From Longivirga aurantiaca (GTDB taxonomy: Bacteria; Actinomycetota; Actinomycetes; S36-B12; CAIYMF01), in NCBI RefSeq assembly GCF_042660085.1, contig NZ_JBHSTI010000008.1, forward strand, positions 900,001-932,000: a stretch of DNA of 32,000 bases. The letters are read 5' to 3'. Below are positions 10,811 through 19,413 of this stretch, piece after piece. Made by a program: the position numbers and the translations under genes. The notes under the pieces are model-generated. The model was given only the letters and a program-made list of their open reading frames with translations. It did no database searches and was not told where the DNA came from. The first letter of the stretch is position 1, and each line of letters opens with the position of its first letter.

Positions 10811-11464
10811 GTGAGCATCGAGGACGGGCCTGCCGGTCGGGCTCTGACCCCGGAGGCGGAAGGGCTGACCCGGCGTGGTCTACGGCTGGCTCAGTTCACC
10901 GTCACGTACAACGTGATTGAAGGGATCCTGGCCGTTGCCGCCGGCGTCGCGGCGGGTCTGGTGTCGCTGGTCGGGTTCGGCCTGGACTCCGGCATCGAGT
11001 CCATCTCGGCAGTGATCGTCACGGTGCGGCTCAGCGCCCGGCTGCGTAACGGTTCGACCGACGAGGCAATGGAGCGTCGAGCCCTCCGGGGTGTGGCGCT
11101 CACGTTCTTCGTGCTTGCTGCATATGTAGTCATCGTCGGGACCCGTGATCTGTTGACCGGAGAACTGCCGGATCAGTCGCCGGTCGGTATCGCGATCCTG
11201 GTTCTCTCGCTGATCGTCATGCCGTGGCTGGCCTGGGCGAAGACTCGGGTCGGCAAGGCACTGGACGATGATCGGCTGATCCTGGCTGACGCTGCCGAGA
11301 CCAGGGTGTGTGTGTTGCTGAGCGCCTCGACCCTGATCGGGATCGGTCTGTTCACCGTGACGGGGCAAGCCTGGCTGGACCCCGTCGCGGGCTACGTCAT
11401 CGCAGCGTTCGCCGTGCGTGAAGGCATGGAGGCTTGGGAAGGCGAACTCGTCGAGGACGACTGA
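10811..11464 (+). CDS. Cation transporter-like membrane protein (CDF/TMEM163-like)
   Basis: QFTVTYNVIEGILAVAAGVAAGLVSLVGFGLDSGIESISAVIVTVRLSAR...DAAETRVCVLLSASTLIGIGL, several TM segments. The frame is open from 10736, so the start is uncertain. Confidence 0.75.
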   Translation: MSIEDGPAGRALTPEAEGLTRRGLRLAQFTVTYNVIEGILAVAAGVAAGLVSLVGFGLDSGIESISAVIVTVRLSARLRNGSTDEAMERRALRGVALTFFVLAAYVVIVGTRDLLTGELPDQSPVGIAILVLSLIVMPWLAWAKTRVGKALDDDRLILADAAETRVCVLLSASTLIGIGLFTVTGQAWLDPVAGYVIAAFAVREGMEAWEGELVEDD

Positions 11465-11551
11465 GGCCGGTCTCGGAGCCGTGCCGCGAGCGCTCGGCAG
11501 GGGTCGTCGAGCAGGTGCGGCGGCTGAGCGGCGGCCGCTGGGACCCGGGCG

Positions 11552-12214
11552 TCAGCGGGCGGTGATGGCGGCGGTGACGGCCGCGACGCTGTGGTCGCGG
11601 TGCTCGGCCTGGACGGCGACGGCTGCCTCGGCGTCGCGGCGGGCCACGGCGTCGATGAGGGCGTCGTGCTCGTGGTGCACGCGCTCGCGGTTGGCCTCGC
11701 CGGCGAAGTACACCGAGCGGTAGACGTCGGTCGCGTCCCACAGCTGGCGCAGCGTGCGCACGAGGCGCGGCATGCCGGATGCGTCGAACAGCAGGAAGTG
11801 CAGGCGCCGGTTGGCGGTGGTGATCTCCGCGACGTCGTCCGCGCGGCCGGCGGCGTCGACGTCGGCGGCCGCGGCACGCATGGCCGCGACGAGGCCGTCG
11901 GTCACGTGCAGCGCCGCCGCCCGGATCGCCTCGGCCTCGAGCAGCTCGCGCATGCGGTAGACCTCGACGAGGTCGTCGACCGAGAGCTCGGCGACGACGT
12001 AGCCGCGGTGGGCGGCGTACCCGACCTGGCCCTCGCCCTCGAGCACCTTGAGCGCCTCGCGCAGCGGCACCCGCGACACCCCGAGCCGCTCGGCGAGCGC
12101 CTCCTGCCGGATCGGTGTGCCGGGTGCGAGCTCGCCGGTCACCATCATGCGGCGCAGCTCGGCGAGCACCGCCTCCTGCGCGGTCGGCGGCTTCTCGAAC
12201 GTCGCGGCGCTCAC
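11552..12214 (-). CDS. GntR-family (FadR/FCD-type) transcriptional regulator
   Basis: AVLAELRRMMVTGELAPGTPIRQEALAERLGVSRVPLREALKVLEGEGQVGYAAHRGYVVAEL, followed by an FCD-like ligand domain. GTG start at 12214. Confidence 0.93.
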   Translation of the reverse strand: MSAATFEKPPTAQEAVLAELRRMMVTGELAPGTPIRQEALAERLGVSRVPLREALKVLEGEGQVGYAAHRGYVVAELSVDDLVEVYRMRELLEAEAIRAAALHVTDGLVAAMRAAAADVDAAGRADDVAEITTANRRLHFLLFDASGMPRLVRTLRQLWDATDVYRSVYFAGEANRERVHHEHDALIDAVARRDAEAAVAVQAEHRDHSVAAVTAAITAR

Positions 12215-13320
12215 GGCGTCGCCCCCGGCATCGACGGCGGGGCGGTGCGGTACGTCGGGGGAGTCGCCGACAGCCGCAGCGGGTTCGCGACCTGCAGCAC
12301 CGGGCTGCCCGGTACGGCGACGACCGGGTCGAGGCCGAGCGAGGTCGCGAGGCTGAACGCCCCCTCGATGTCGTTGATGGGCCCGCACGGCACGCCGGCA
12401 GCGGTGAGGCCGGCGTACCAGTGGTCGGCCCCGTGCGTCCCGAGCGCGACCTCGAGCGCCACGCGGAGCTCGCTGCGGTGGGCGACTCGCGCGGGGTTGG
12501 TCGCGAAGCGCTGGTCGGCGGCGAGGTCGACGTCGAGCACCGAGCAGAGCGCGCGGAACTGGCCGTCGTTGCCCACGGCCAGCACGAGCGGACGGTCGGC
12601 CGTCGCGTAGACGCCGTACGGCGTGATGGACGGGTGGTCGTTTCCGAGGATGCCGGGCACGACGCCGCCGGCGACGTACGCCGACGCCTGGTTGACCAGG
12701 GCCGACAGCAGCGACGACAGCAGGTTGACCTCGACGTGCTGGCCCTGGCCGGTGGCGTCGCGGTGACGCAGCGCGGCGAGGATGCCGTAGACGGCGTGCA
12801 GCCCGGTGATCACGTCGACGAGCGCGACACCCACCTTGGTGGGATGGCCGGCCTCGGGCCCGGTCACCGACATCAGGCCGCCCATGGCCTGCACGAGCAG
12901 GTCGTAGCCGGGCAGCGACGCGCCCTCGCCCGAGCCGAATCCGCTGATCGAGCAGACGATGACGCCGGGGTTCTCGGACGCGAGCGCGGAGTAGCCGAGC
13001 CCCAGCTTGTCCATCGTGCCGGGCTTGAAGTTCTCGACGACGACGTCCGCGCGCAGCGCGAGCTCGCGCGCCTCGGCCATGCCCTCGGGGGAGGACAGGT
13101 CGAGGAACAGCGACTGCTTGTTGCGGTTCACCCCGGCGAAGTACGTCGCCGTGCCGTCCACCGCGTAGGGCGGACCCCAGTGGCGGGTGTCGTCACCCGC
13201 TCCCGGGCGCTCCACCTTCACCACGTCGGCGCCGAGATCGGCGAGCAGCATGGTGGCGTACGGCCCGGCGAGCACCCGCGAGAAGTCCGCGACGACGACG
13301 CCGTCGAGCGCGCCGGTCAT
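12211..13320 (-). CDS. CaiB/BaiF-family CoA-transferase
   Basis: MTGALDGVVVADFSRVLAGPYATMLLADLGADVVKVERPGAGDDTRHWGPPY...LFLDLSSPEGMAEARELALRADVVVENFKPGTMDKLGLGY. Confidence 0.95.
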   Translation of the reverse strand: MTGALDGVVVADFSRVLAGPYATMLLADLGADVVKVERPGAGDDTRHWGPPYAVDGTATYFAGVNRNKQSLFLDLSSPEGMAEARELALRADVVVENFKPGTMDKLGLGYSALASENPGVIVCSISGFGSGEGASLPGYDLLVQAMGGLMSVTGPEAGHPTKVGVALVDVITGLHAVYGILAALRHRDATGQGQHVEVNLLSSLLSALVNQASAYVAGGVVPGILGNDHPSITPYGVYATADRPLVLAVGNDGQFRALCSVLDVDLAADQRFATNPARVAHRSELRVALEVALGTHGADHWYAGLTAAGVPCGPINDIEGAFSLATSLGLDPVVAVPGSPVLQVANPLRLSATPPTYRTAPPSMPGATP

Positions 13321-14495
13321 CCGCGGTACGCGGCGAGACCGGTGAGCGCCTCGCCGACGACCAGGGTGTGCATCTCGTTGGTGCCCTCGTAGGTGAAGAC
13401 CGACTCGAGGTTGTTCATGTGCCGGATGATCGGGTACTCGAGCGTGATGCCGTTGCCGCCGAGGATCGAGCGGCATTCGCGGGCGATGGCGAGGGCCTCG
13501 CGTGCGTTGTTGAGCTTGCCGACGCTGATCTGCTCGGGGCGGATCACGTGCTTGTCCTTGAGCCGGCCGAGGTGCAGAGCGAGCAGGTAGCCCTTGTCGA
13601 GCTCGAGGGCCATGTCGGCGAGCTTCTTCTGGGTGAGCTGGAAGCCGGCGATCGGGCGGTCGAACTGCTCGCGGTCGATCGAGTACGAGATGGCCGTCTC
13701 GAGGCAGTCACGGGCGGCGCCGATCGTGCCGAAGGCGATCCCGAAGCGCGCCTCGTTCAGGCACGAGAGCGGGCCGCGCAGGCCCTTCACATCGGGCAGC
13801 ACCGCGCTGGCCGGAAGGCGGACGTCCTCGAGGATGAGCTCGGCCGTCACCGAGGCGCGCAGCGAGAGCTTCTTGTGGATCTCGCGCGCGGTGAAGCCGG
13901 GAGTGGACGTCGGGACGACGAAGCCACGGATGCCGCCGTCGGTCTGCGCCCACACGACCGCGACGTCGGCCACGGTGCCGTTGGTAATCCACATCTTCGT
14001 GCCGTTGAGCACCCAGTCGTCGCCGTCGCGCTTGGCGGCGGTGCGCATGCCGCTCGGGTTGGAGCCGAAGTCCGGCTCGGTGAGGCCGAAGCAGCCGATC
14101 GCCTCGCCGGCGGCCATGCGGGGGAGCCACTCGGTCTTCTGCTCCTCCGAGCCGAACGCGTGGATCGCGTACATCGCGAGCGACCCCTGCACGCTGACCA
14201 GCGAGCGGATGCCGGAGTCGCCGGCCTCGAGCTCGAGGCAGGCGAGGCCGTACGCCGTGGCGCTCGTGCCGGCGCAGCCGTAGCCCTCGAGGTGCATGCC
14301 CAGCAGGCCGAGCGCACCCATCTCCTGCGCGAGCTCCTTCGCCGGGATCGACCCGGTCTCGAACCAGTCGCCGACCTCGGGCTTGATCCGGTCGTCCACG
14401 TACTGGCGGACGACATCGCGGATCGCCTTCTCCTCGTCGTCGATCAGCGTGTCGAGGTCGAGCAGGGCGAAGGGGTGCTGCGGTGCGGGGGACAC
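13317..14495 (-). CDS. Acyl-CoA dehydrogenase, glutaryl-CoA dehydrogenase-like
   Basis: IRSLVSVQGSLAMYAIHAFGSEEQKTEWLPRMAAGEAIGCFGLTEPDFGSNPSGMRTAAKRDGDDWVLNGTKMWITNG...LGGNGITLEYPIIRHMNNLESVFTYEGTNEMHTLVVG. GTG start at 14495. Confidence 0.9.
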   Translation of the reverse strand: MSPAPQHPFALLDLDTLIDDEEKAIRDVVRQYVDDRIKPEVGDWFETGSIPAKELAQEMGALGLLGMHLEGYGCAGTSATAYGLACLELEAGDSGIRSLVSVQGSLAMYAIHAFGSEEQKTEWLPRMAAGEAIGCFGLTEPDFGSNPSGMRTAAKRDGDDWVLNGTKMWITNGTVADVAVVWAQTDGGIRGFVVPTSTPGFTAREIHKKLSLRASVTAELILEDVRLPASAVLPDVKGLRGPLSCLNEARFGIAFGTIGAARDCLETAISYSIDREQFDRPIAGFQLTQKKLADMALELDKGYLLALHLGRLKDKHVIRPEQISVGKLNNAREALAIARECRSILGGNGITLEYPIIRHMNNLESVFTYEGTNEMHTLVVGEALTGLAAYRG

Positions 14496-14540
14496 GGGTG
14501 CTCCTGGGGACGGCGACGGCGTTTCGGAGAACCGTAGCAG

Positions 14541-14552
14541 ATTGGATCCAAT
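14541..14552. promoter_or_regulatory. Candidate operator: perfect palindrome ATTGGATCCAAT in a divergent intergenic region
   Basis: 12-bp perfect dyad 46 bp upstream of the glutaryl-CoA dehydrogenase-like start; the cluster encodes its own GntR regulator. Confidence 0.5.
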
Positions 14553-14556
14553 ATCC

Positions 14557-14578
14557 AGAAGACCCCCCCCTGTCTTCT
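14557..14578. repeat. Short inverted repeat AGAAGAC-CCCCCCCT-GTCTTCT
   Basis: 7-bp arms (14557-14563 and 14572-14578) around an 8-nt C-rich loop, adjacent to the palindrome at 14541. Confidence 0.5.
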
Positions 14579-14643
14579 TACCGGCCGGTGACGACGAGCC
14601 CCGGGCCCTGGCCGCGCGCGGCCGCACAGGGTGTGCTGGACCC

Positions 14644-15270
14644 GTGACCGAGCCCAGCGACACCACGCCCATGACCGCTCCGCGCCGCGGGTGGTGGCGG
14701 CGGCCCGCCGTCGTCCTCCCCGTGGCGGCGGCCCTGCTCGCCGTGGCCGGCGTGGCGCTCGTGGTGTTCCAGCCGTGGAAGCTGTTCGTCGACGACGTCG
14801 TCGACGAGGCCCTGCCGACCGCCGTGGCGACCGCACCGGCGAGCCCTGCCGCTCCGACACCGTCCGAGTCGGCACCGCAGGCGTCGCCTTCACCGAGCGC
14901 CACCGTTCCCGCAGGCCCGATCGAGACCGCGCGCGGCACGTTCGTGACCCATGAGCACGCGACCACCGGCTCGGTGCGGCTGCTCACCCTCGCGGACGGC
15001 ACCCAGGTGCTGCGGATCGAGGACCTCGACACCTCGAACGGCCCCGACCTGCGCGTGTGGCTGTCCGACCAGCCTGTGCTCGACGGTCCCGACGGGTGGT
15101 TCGTGTTCGACGACGGCGACTATCTCGAGCTCGGGCGGCTCAAGGGCAACGTGGGCGACCAGAACTACGTCGTGCCGCCGGGGACGGACCTCGACTCGCT
15201 CACGAGCGTGAGCATCTGGTGCGCCCGGTTCGCCGTCTCCTTCGGCGCGGCAGCTCTCGAGCCGGCCTGA
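14644..15270 (+). CDS. Membrane-anchored DM13-domain-like protein
   Basis: N-terminal TM helix (RPAVVLPVAAALLAVAGVALVVFQPW), a Ser/Pro/Ala linker, then GTFVTHEHATTGSVRLLTLADGTQVLRIEDLDTSNGPDLRVWLSD...YLELGRLKGNVGDQNYVVPPGTDL, typical of DM13. Confidence 0.82.
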   Translation: MTEPSDTTPMTAPRRGWWRRPAVVLPVAAALLAVAGVALVVFQPWKLFVDDVVDEALPTAVATAPASPAAPTPSESAPQASPSPSATVPAGPIETARGTFVTHEHATTGSVRLLTLADGTQVLRIEDLDTSNGPDLRVWLSDQPVLDGPDGWFVFDDGDYLELGRLKGNVGDQNYVVPPGTDLDSLTSVSIWCARFAVSFGAAALEPA

Positions 15271-15397
15271 CGCCATCGCCGCGCAACGTGCCGATCGCGG
15301 GCGTAGCGTCAGCAGGGCAGGGAGGCTGCGACGTCCCCAGCCGAGCGGGCCGCGCCCGGTGCGAGGGGATGCCCCGAACCGCGGTGAGGAGTGCGTC

Positions 15398-15874
15398 ATG
15401 AAGGCATCGGTGGGAGACCGCATCATCATCGTCCCGCGCACGGTCGGCGGACCTGTGAGGGACGCCCGCGTGGTCGAGGTCAGGAACCCTGACGGCTCGC
15501 CGCCCTACCTCGTCGAGTGGAGCGACTCGGGCCAGCAGGCGCTGTACTTCCCGGGCTCGGACGGGCGGATCGAGCACCTCGAGGACCAGCCCGAGCAGCG
15601 CGACACCGGCGGCTACCACGTGAAGACGTGGCGGGTCACGGTGCACGTGTTCGAGCACGACCCCTCGACGGCGGCGCACGCCGTGCTGATCGCGGACTCG
15701 GGCATCCCGTTGGAGGCCAAGGGATCCGCACGCCGGGCACCGTCGGACCCCGACGTCCCCGAGATCGGCGACGAGGTGGCCGTGGCCCGGGCGCTGCGCG
15801 AGCTCGCGGACTCGCTCATGGCGACGGCGACCAAGGACATGGCCGGCGCCGCGGGCGGCGACCGCGCCTGGTGA
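15398..15874 (+). CDS. DUF1918 + DUF1876 (dsRBD-like) protein
   Basis: MKASVGDRIIIVPRTVGGPVRDARVVEVRNPDGSPPYLVEWSDSGQQALYFPGSD...VKTWRVTVHVFEHDPSTAAHAVLIADSG...VPEIGDEVAVARALRELADSLM. Confidence 0.8.
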   Translation: MKASVGDRIIIVPRTVGGPVRDARVVEVRNPDGSPPYLVEWSDSGQQALYFPGSDGRIEHLEDQPEQRDTGGYHVKTWRVTVHVFEHDPSTAAHAVLIADSGIPLEAKGSARRAPSDPDVPEIGDEVAVARALRELADSLMATATKDMAGAAGGDRAW

Positions 15875-15889
15875 GCGACGGCGTCCCGG

Positions 15890-16453
15890 TCAGCCGCGCG
15901 TCGTGGGGGAGAACCGGTCGCGCAGGCCCTCGACCATGCGCTTGCTCCGGTTCTCGGCGAAGCGGGCCTCGGCCCGGGCCATCTTCTTCGGGCCGTACCA
16001 GCGCCTGGCCCAGAAGGAGGTCGGCTTGGCGAGCCGGATCGCGCCGACGTACGCGAAGAAGGGCACGGGGAGCCCGATGAGCCCGGTGATGGGTTTCCCC
16101 TTGAGCATGCACAGGATGCACAGCCCGATGTGGGTGACGAGGAAGACCATGGTGAAGATGAAGCCCTGCTCCTGCGCCGCCGTGAGGTCGCCGACGGGGG
16201 AGACCCCCACGAGCAGCGCCGCGCCCACGACAATCGCGATGAGCACGGCGTCGATGGACTTCTGACCCTGCTCGGACCAGTAGACGTCCTCGAGGTGCAG
16301 CCATAGCGCGAACTCGTCGAGCGCGAGGGCCGCGCCGATGCCGAACAGCGCACCCAGCACCTCGGCCCACGGCGACTCGGGCCGGTAGCGGAACTCGATC
16401 AGCCCGACGAGGAGCACGAGCAGGATGCCCCACACCTGGTGGTGCACGTGCAC
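15890..16453 (-). CDS. Conserved integral membrane protein
   Basis: HHQVWGILLVLLVGLIEFRYRPESPWAEVLGALFGIGAALALDEFALWLHLEDVYW...IDAVLIAIVVGAALLVG...FIFTMVFLVTHIGLCIL. Start codon is uncertain. Confidence 0.75.
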   Translation of the reverse strand: MHVHHQVWGILLVLLVGLIEFRYRPESPWAEVLGALFGIGAALALDEFALWLHLEDVYWSEQGQKSIDAVLIAIVVGAALLVGVSPVGDLTAAQEQGFIFTMVFLVTHIGLCILCMLKGKPITGLIGLPVPFFAYVGAIRLAKPTSFWARRWYGPKKMARAEARFAENRSKRMVEGLRDRFSPTTRG

Positions 16454-16627
16454 CCCGCCGATGTGGATGTCGTTGATGAGCCCCTTCTTCGCCGGCTCGG
16501 CGGTCTCGACGACCGGCGTCGGGTTGGCCGCCTCGGCCGCGTTGCGCGCCCGGATCTTCAGCGTGACGCTGGGCGTGAAACGGGGATGCGCCGAGGGTGA
16601 CCGGGCGTCAGCGGTCCGTGACCGCTG

Positions 16628-17065
16628 TCAGCCGCCGAGCTCGGTCAGCACCTTGGCGATCCTGCGTTCGCGCGTCTCGGCGGTCTTCGCGCCCTCGACC
16701 GAGAGCACATGGCGCTTCTTGTTCGAGTTCGACAGCGCATCGAAGGCCGTCCGGGCAGCGGGGGCCTTCACCAGCGCCGCTGCCAGGTCGTCGGGTACGG
16801 CGACCTCGCGCGTCGAGGTGTCGAGCACCACCTCGACGTCCACGACGTCGCCGGCTGAGACACCTGCGCCCGCGCGGATGGCGGCGCTGACGGGCAGCAG
16901 GAAGCGGCCGCCCATCGACGCGATCGTGCTGGGGTACGAGAAGCCGTTGATGGTGACGGTCACAGCAGGCTTCTTGCCGGAGCCGAGACCCTCGACGACC
17001 TCGGGCGGCACGACGATGCCTGTCGCCGACCTGCCATGCAGGTCGACGGTCGCCTGGAACCTCAT
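16628..17065 (-). CDS. DUF1905 / YdeI-OmpD-associated family protein
   Basis: MRFQATVDLHGRSATGIVVPPEVVEGLGSGKKPAVTVTINGFSYPSTIASMGGRFLLPVSAAIRAGAGVSAGDVVDVEVVLD...VPDDLAAALVKAPAARTAFDALSNSKKRHVLSVEGAKTAETRERRI. Confidence 0.82.
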   Translation of the reverse strand: MRFQATVDLHGRSATGIVVPPEVVEGLGSGKKPAVTVTINGFSYPSTIASMGGRFLLPVSAAIRAGAGVSAGDVVDVEVVLDTSTREVAVPDDLAAALVKAPAARTAFDALSNSNKKRHVLSVEGAKTAETRERRIAKVLTELGG

Positions 17066-17105
17066 GACGGCATCCCATCACGGCCGCGCGCGCACGGTTC
17101 GGCGA

Positions 17106-17429
17106 TCACGCGAGCCAGCCGTGCACCGTCCAGGCGATGCCGGCCACCGCGGCGGCGGCGATGACGGCGAGGTAGGCCAGGACGAGGCGGACGTCGCGGA
17201 GATAGCACCGGCTGCGGGTCAGCCCCGCGCGGTGCGCCCGCCAGTAGCCGGCGAGCCCGATGCTCGCGAAGACCAGCACGGCCAGGGGTCCGAAGACCCA
17301 GGCGAGCAGGGCGACCGTCGTGAAGATGCACAGCCGCAGGGGATCGAACGGGGTCGAGGGTCCGGAGGCAGCGAGGCCGGGGTCCCCGGGCAGCGGGCGT
17401 CCCGGGACGCCCGCAGGACTGGTGGTCAT
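17106..17429 (-). CDS. Small membrane protein, last gene of the radical SAM/Lgt-like operon
   Basis: MTTSPAGVPGRPLPGDPGLAASGPSTPFDPLRLCIFTTVALLAWVFGPLAVLVFASIGLAGYWRAHRAGLTRSRCYLRDVRLVLAYLAVIAAAAVAGIAWTVHGWLA. Overlaps the upstream gene by 4 bp. Confidence 0.75.
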   Translation of the reverse strand: MTTSPAGVPGRPLPGDPGLAASGPSTPFDPLRLCIFTTVALLAWVFGPLAVLVFASIGLAGYWRAHRAGLTRSRCYLRDVRLVLAYLAVIAAAAVAGIAWTVHGWLA

Positions 17430-19015
17430 GTCGTCCTCCGTCCGGCCGACAGCGACAGCCGCTGGGCCGAGAGCGCCGGCCACGCCTGGACGGCGCAGAA
17501 CGGGGCGCACTGGTCCCCCTCGTCGCCCCGCGTGCCGACGTGCACGCAGCACTGGGTCAGTCGCTCCTCGATCATCGTGTGGCGGTCCATGAACGGCTTC
17601 ACGGTGATGCGCACGACCCGCTCGCCGAGCATCCGGCGCAGATCCTGCCGTCGCCCGGGGAGACCGGCGGCGGCCGCCATCCTGAGCAGCGAGGAGATCC
17701 CGAGGTCGCACGCCTCGCACACGTCGCGCCAGAGCGCGCCGACGTCGGGGTGGGAGAGGCTGCTCTGCTCGCTGAGCAGGCCGAGCAGCGACTCCTTGAC
17801 GGCCGCCTGGAGCTCCTGGGGGAGCTCGCGGTCGGCGATGCGGTTGGCCACGAGGCCGAGGTGCTCCTTGAGCCGCTCCTCGCCCACCATCGCGACGAGC
17901 GACTTCCACTCGCCACCGTCGGTGCGCAGCAGGTACCCGACGCTGCAGCAGTGCGGGTGCGAGCACGGCAGCGCCGTGAGGTCGTGCCAGGTGACGACGC
18001 CACCCGTCTGGGGCCCGAGCCGGGCGAGGACCCCGGTGTGGGTGAGGCGCTCGGTCGGGTCGACGTCGTGCGACCTGCCCGACCCGAACACCGGCTGGAT
18101 CGAGACGCCGCCGACGAACGGCGTCGCGAGCGCGAGCATCACGACGTCGCCGATCTCGTCGTCGTTCACCCCGAGCGTCGCGGTCATGGTCAGCGTCGTG
18201 AACACCTCGGCCGAGGACAGCCGCTGCAGCGCGAGCCTCTTGATCTGGCGCAGGTCGCCACCCCGGTGGTGGCGCGACGACTCCTCGCGCAGCCCGTCGA
18301 ACTGGAGGTAGACCTCGACGCGCTCCCGGTGCCGCCGGAGCAGCCCGAGCAGGGCGTCGTCGCGGGAGACCTCGACGCCGTTGGTGTTGAGGAGGATGCG
18401 CACGACGTTGCGCGACACGAGCTCGTCGAGCAGGCGCGGCAGCTCCGGGTGCAGCGTGGGCTCGCCCCCGCTGATCATCACGACGTCGAGCCGTCCGTTC
18501 TCACGCGCCAGCCGCTGGTCGACGTTGGCGAGGACGTCCTCGACGGGGACGACGCCGGAGAGCAGGGGCGAGGCGTCGGTGAAGCAGGTCGGGCAGCGGA
18601 GGTTGCAGCCCTCGATGACGTCCTCGAGGAGGATGCACGTGTGCTGCGTCTGCATCTCGCCGAGGCCGCGCAGGTAGGCGCCGGGCACCGCGTCGTAGTT
18701 GCCCGGCGAGTCGGGGACGTGCCACTTCGTGGGCGCCGTCCACTGCTCGAGGTAGGTGAGGATCCCGGGATCCTCGTCGTACAGCGTGCGGACGAACCCG
18801 TGCACGGGGCAGCCGCGCTCGAGCCACACCCGCCCGTCGCGCTCGGCCAGCCAGCCGGAGAGGCGTCGTACCTCCGCCAGCGGCTGGCCGTCCTGCTCGA
18901 CGTGGCAGTGCGGGCAGAACGCGACGACGTAGCGGCGCACGCGGTCGCCGCGCAGCGGCATGCCCTCGCCCCACGTCAGCTGCACGCTCGTGGACGTGCT
19001 GGTGTCGAGAGCCAT
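17426..19015 (-). CDS. Cys-rich radical SAM protein, possibly of the class D / MJ0619-like (tetraether synthase-like) group
   Basis: AFCPHCHVE near the N-terminus, EGCNLRCPTCFTDASP (CxxxCxxC), ISGGEPTLHPELPRLLDEL, ALPCSHPHCCSVGYLL, and C-terminal TQCCVHVGTRGDEGDQCAPFC. The subfamily call is tentative. Confidence 0.85.
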   Translation of the reverse strand: MALDTSTSTSVQLTWGEGMPLRGDRVRRYVVAFCPHCHVEQDGQPLAEVRRLSGWLAERDGRVWLERGCPVHGFVRTLYDEDPGILTYLEQWTAPTKWHVPDSPGNYDAVPGAYLRGLGEMQTQHTCILLEDVIEGCNLRCPTCFTDASPLLSGVVPVEDVLANVDQRLARENGRLDVVMISGGEPTLHPELPRLLDELVSRNVVRILLNTNGVEVSRDDALLGLLRRHRERVEVYLQFDGLREESSRHHRGGDLRQIKRLALQRLSSAEVFTTLTMTATLGVNDDEIGDVVMLALATPFVGGVSIQPVFGSGRSHDVDPTERLTHTGVLARLGPQTGGVVTWHDLTALPCSHPHCCSVGYLLRTDGGEWKSLVAMVGEERLKEHLGLVANRIADRELPQELQAAVKESLLGLLSEQSSLSHPDVGALWRDVCEACDLGISSLLRMAAAAGLPGRRQDLRRMLGERVVRITVKPFMDRHTMIEERLTQCCVHVGTRGDEGDQCAPFCAVQAWPALSAQRLSLSAGRRTT

Positions 19016-19413
19016 CACGCAGTCCCGGCGCTGTTGATGAGCGCGACGCAGACTCCGGCGAACACGATCAGCCCGATGCCGCACCCGATCACGATGCCCA
19101 TCCAGATGCTGCGCGTGCGCACCTCCGTGGCCCGGGCGGTCATGATCCCGGCGATGATCAGCATGGCCGGCACGGCCACGACGGTAAGGCTCGCGAGAGC
19201 TGCGAGCACGGTGGTGATGACCGCGCTCCACGCGACCGTGGCTGTGTCGTAGCGCCGCTCGCCAGGCCCGGCCGAGGGCGCTGGAGGCAGCGGAGGTGCA
19301 GGCGGCGGCGGGGACGCCGCTGCCTCGTCGCCCGCCTCGGACGGCGGCGGCACGGCGGCCTCCTCCGGCGGCCGGTCGTCGTCGGGGCTCGTCGGGATCG
19401 TGGGGTCGCTCAT
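19015..19413 (-). CDS. Pro-rich membrane protein with two predicted TM helices
   Basis: MSDPTIPTSPDDDRPPEEAAVPPPSEAGDEAAASPPPPAPPLPPAPS..., then VAWSAVITTVLAALASLTVVAVPAMLIIAGIMTARA and SIWMGIVIGCGIGLIVFAGVCVALI. ATG at 19413 overlaps the upstream stop. Confidence 0.75.
   Translation of the reverse strand: MSDPTIPTSPDDDRPPEEAAVPPPSEAGDEAAASPPPPAPPLPPAPSAGPGERRYDTATVAWSAVITTVLAALASLTVVAVPAMLIIAGIMTARATEVRTRSIWMGIVIGCGIGLIVFAGVCVALINSAGTA

Noticed and set aside
12115-13392. 425-aa plus-strand ORF opposite the CoA-transferase gene
   Set aside because: Low-complexity antisense translation; the minus strand carries clear CaiB/BaiF motifs.
14561-14570. C-tract considered as a transposon or prophage boundary
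   Set aside because: No transposase, integrase or target-site duplication nearby.
17540-19252. 570-aa plus-strand ORF opposite the radical SAM gene
   Set aside because: Antisense artefact (the reverse strand carries CNLRCPTC and other radical SAM motifs).
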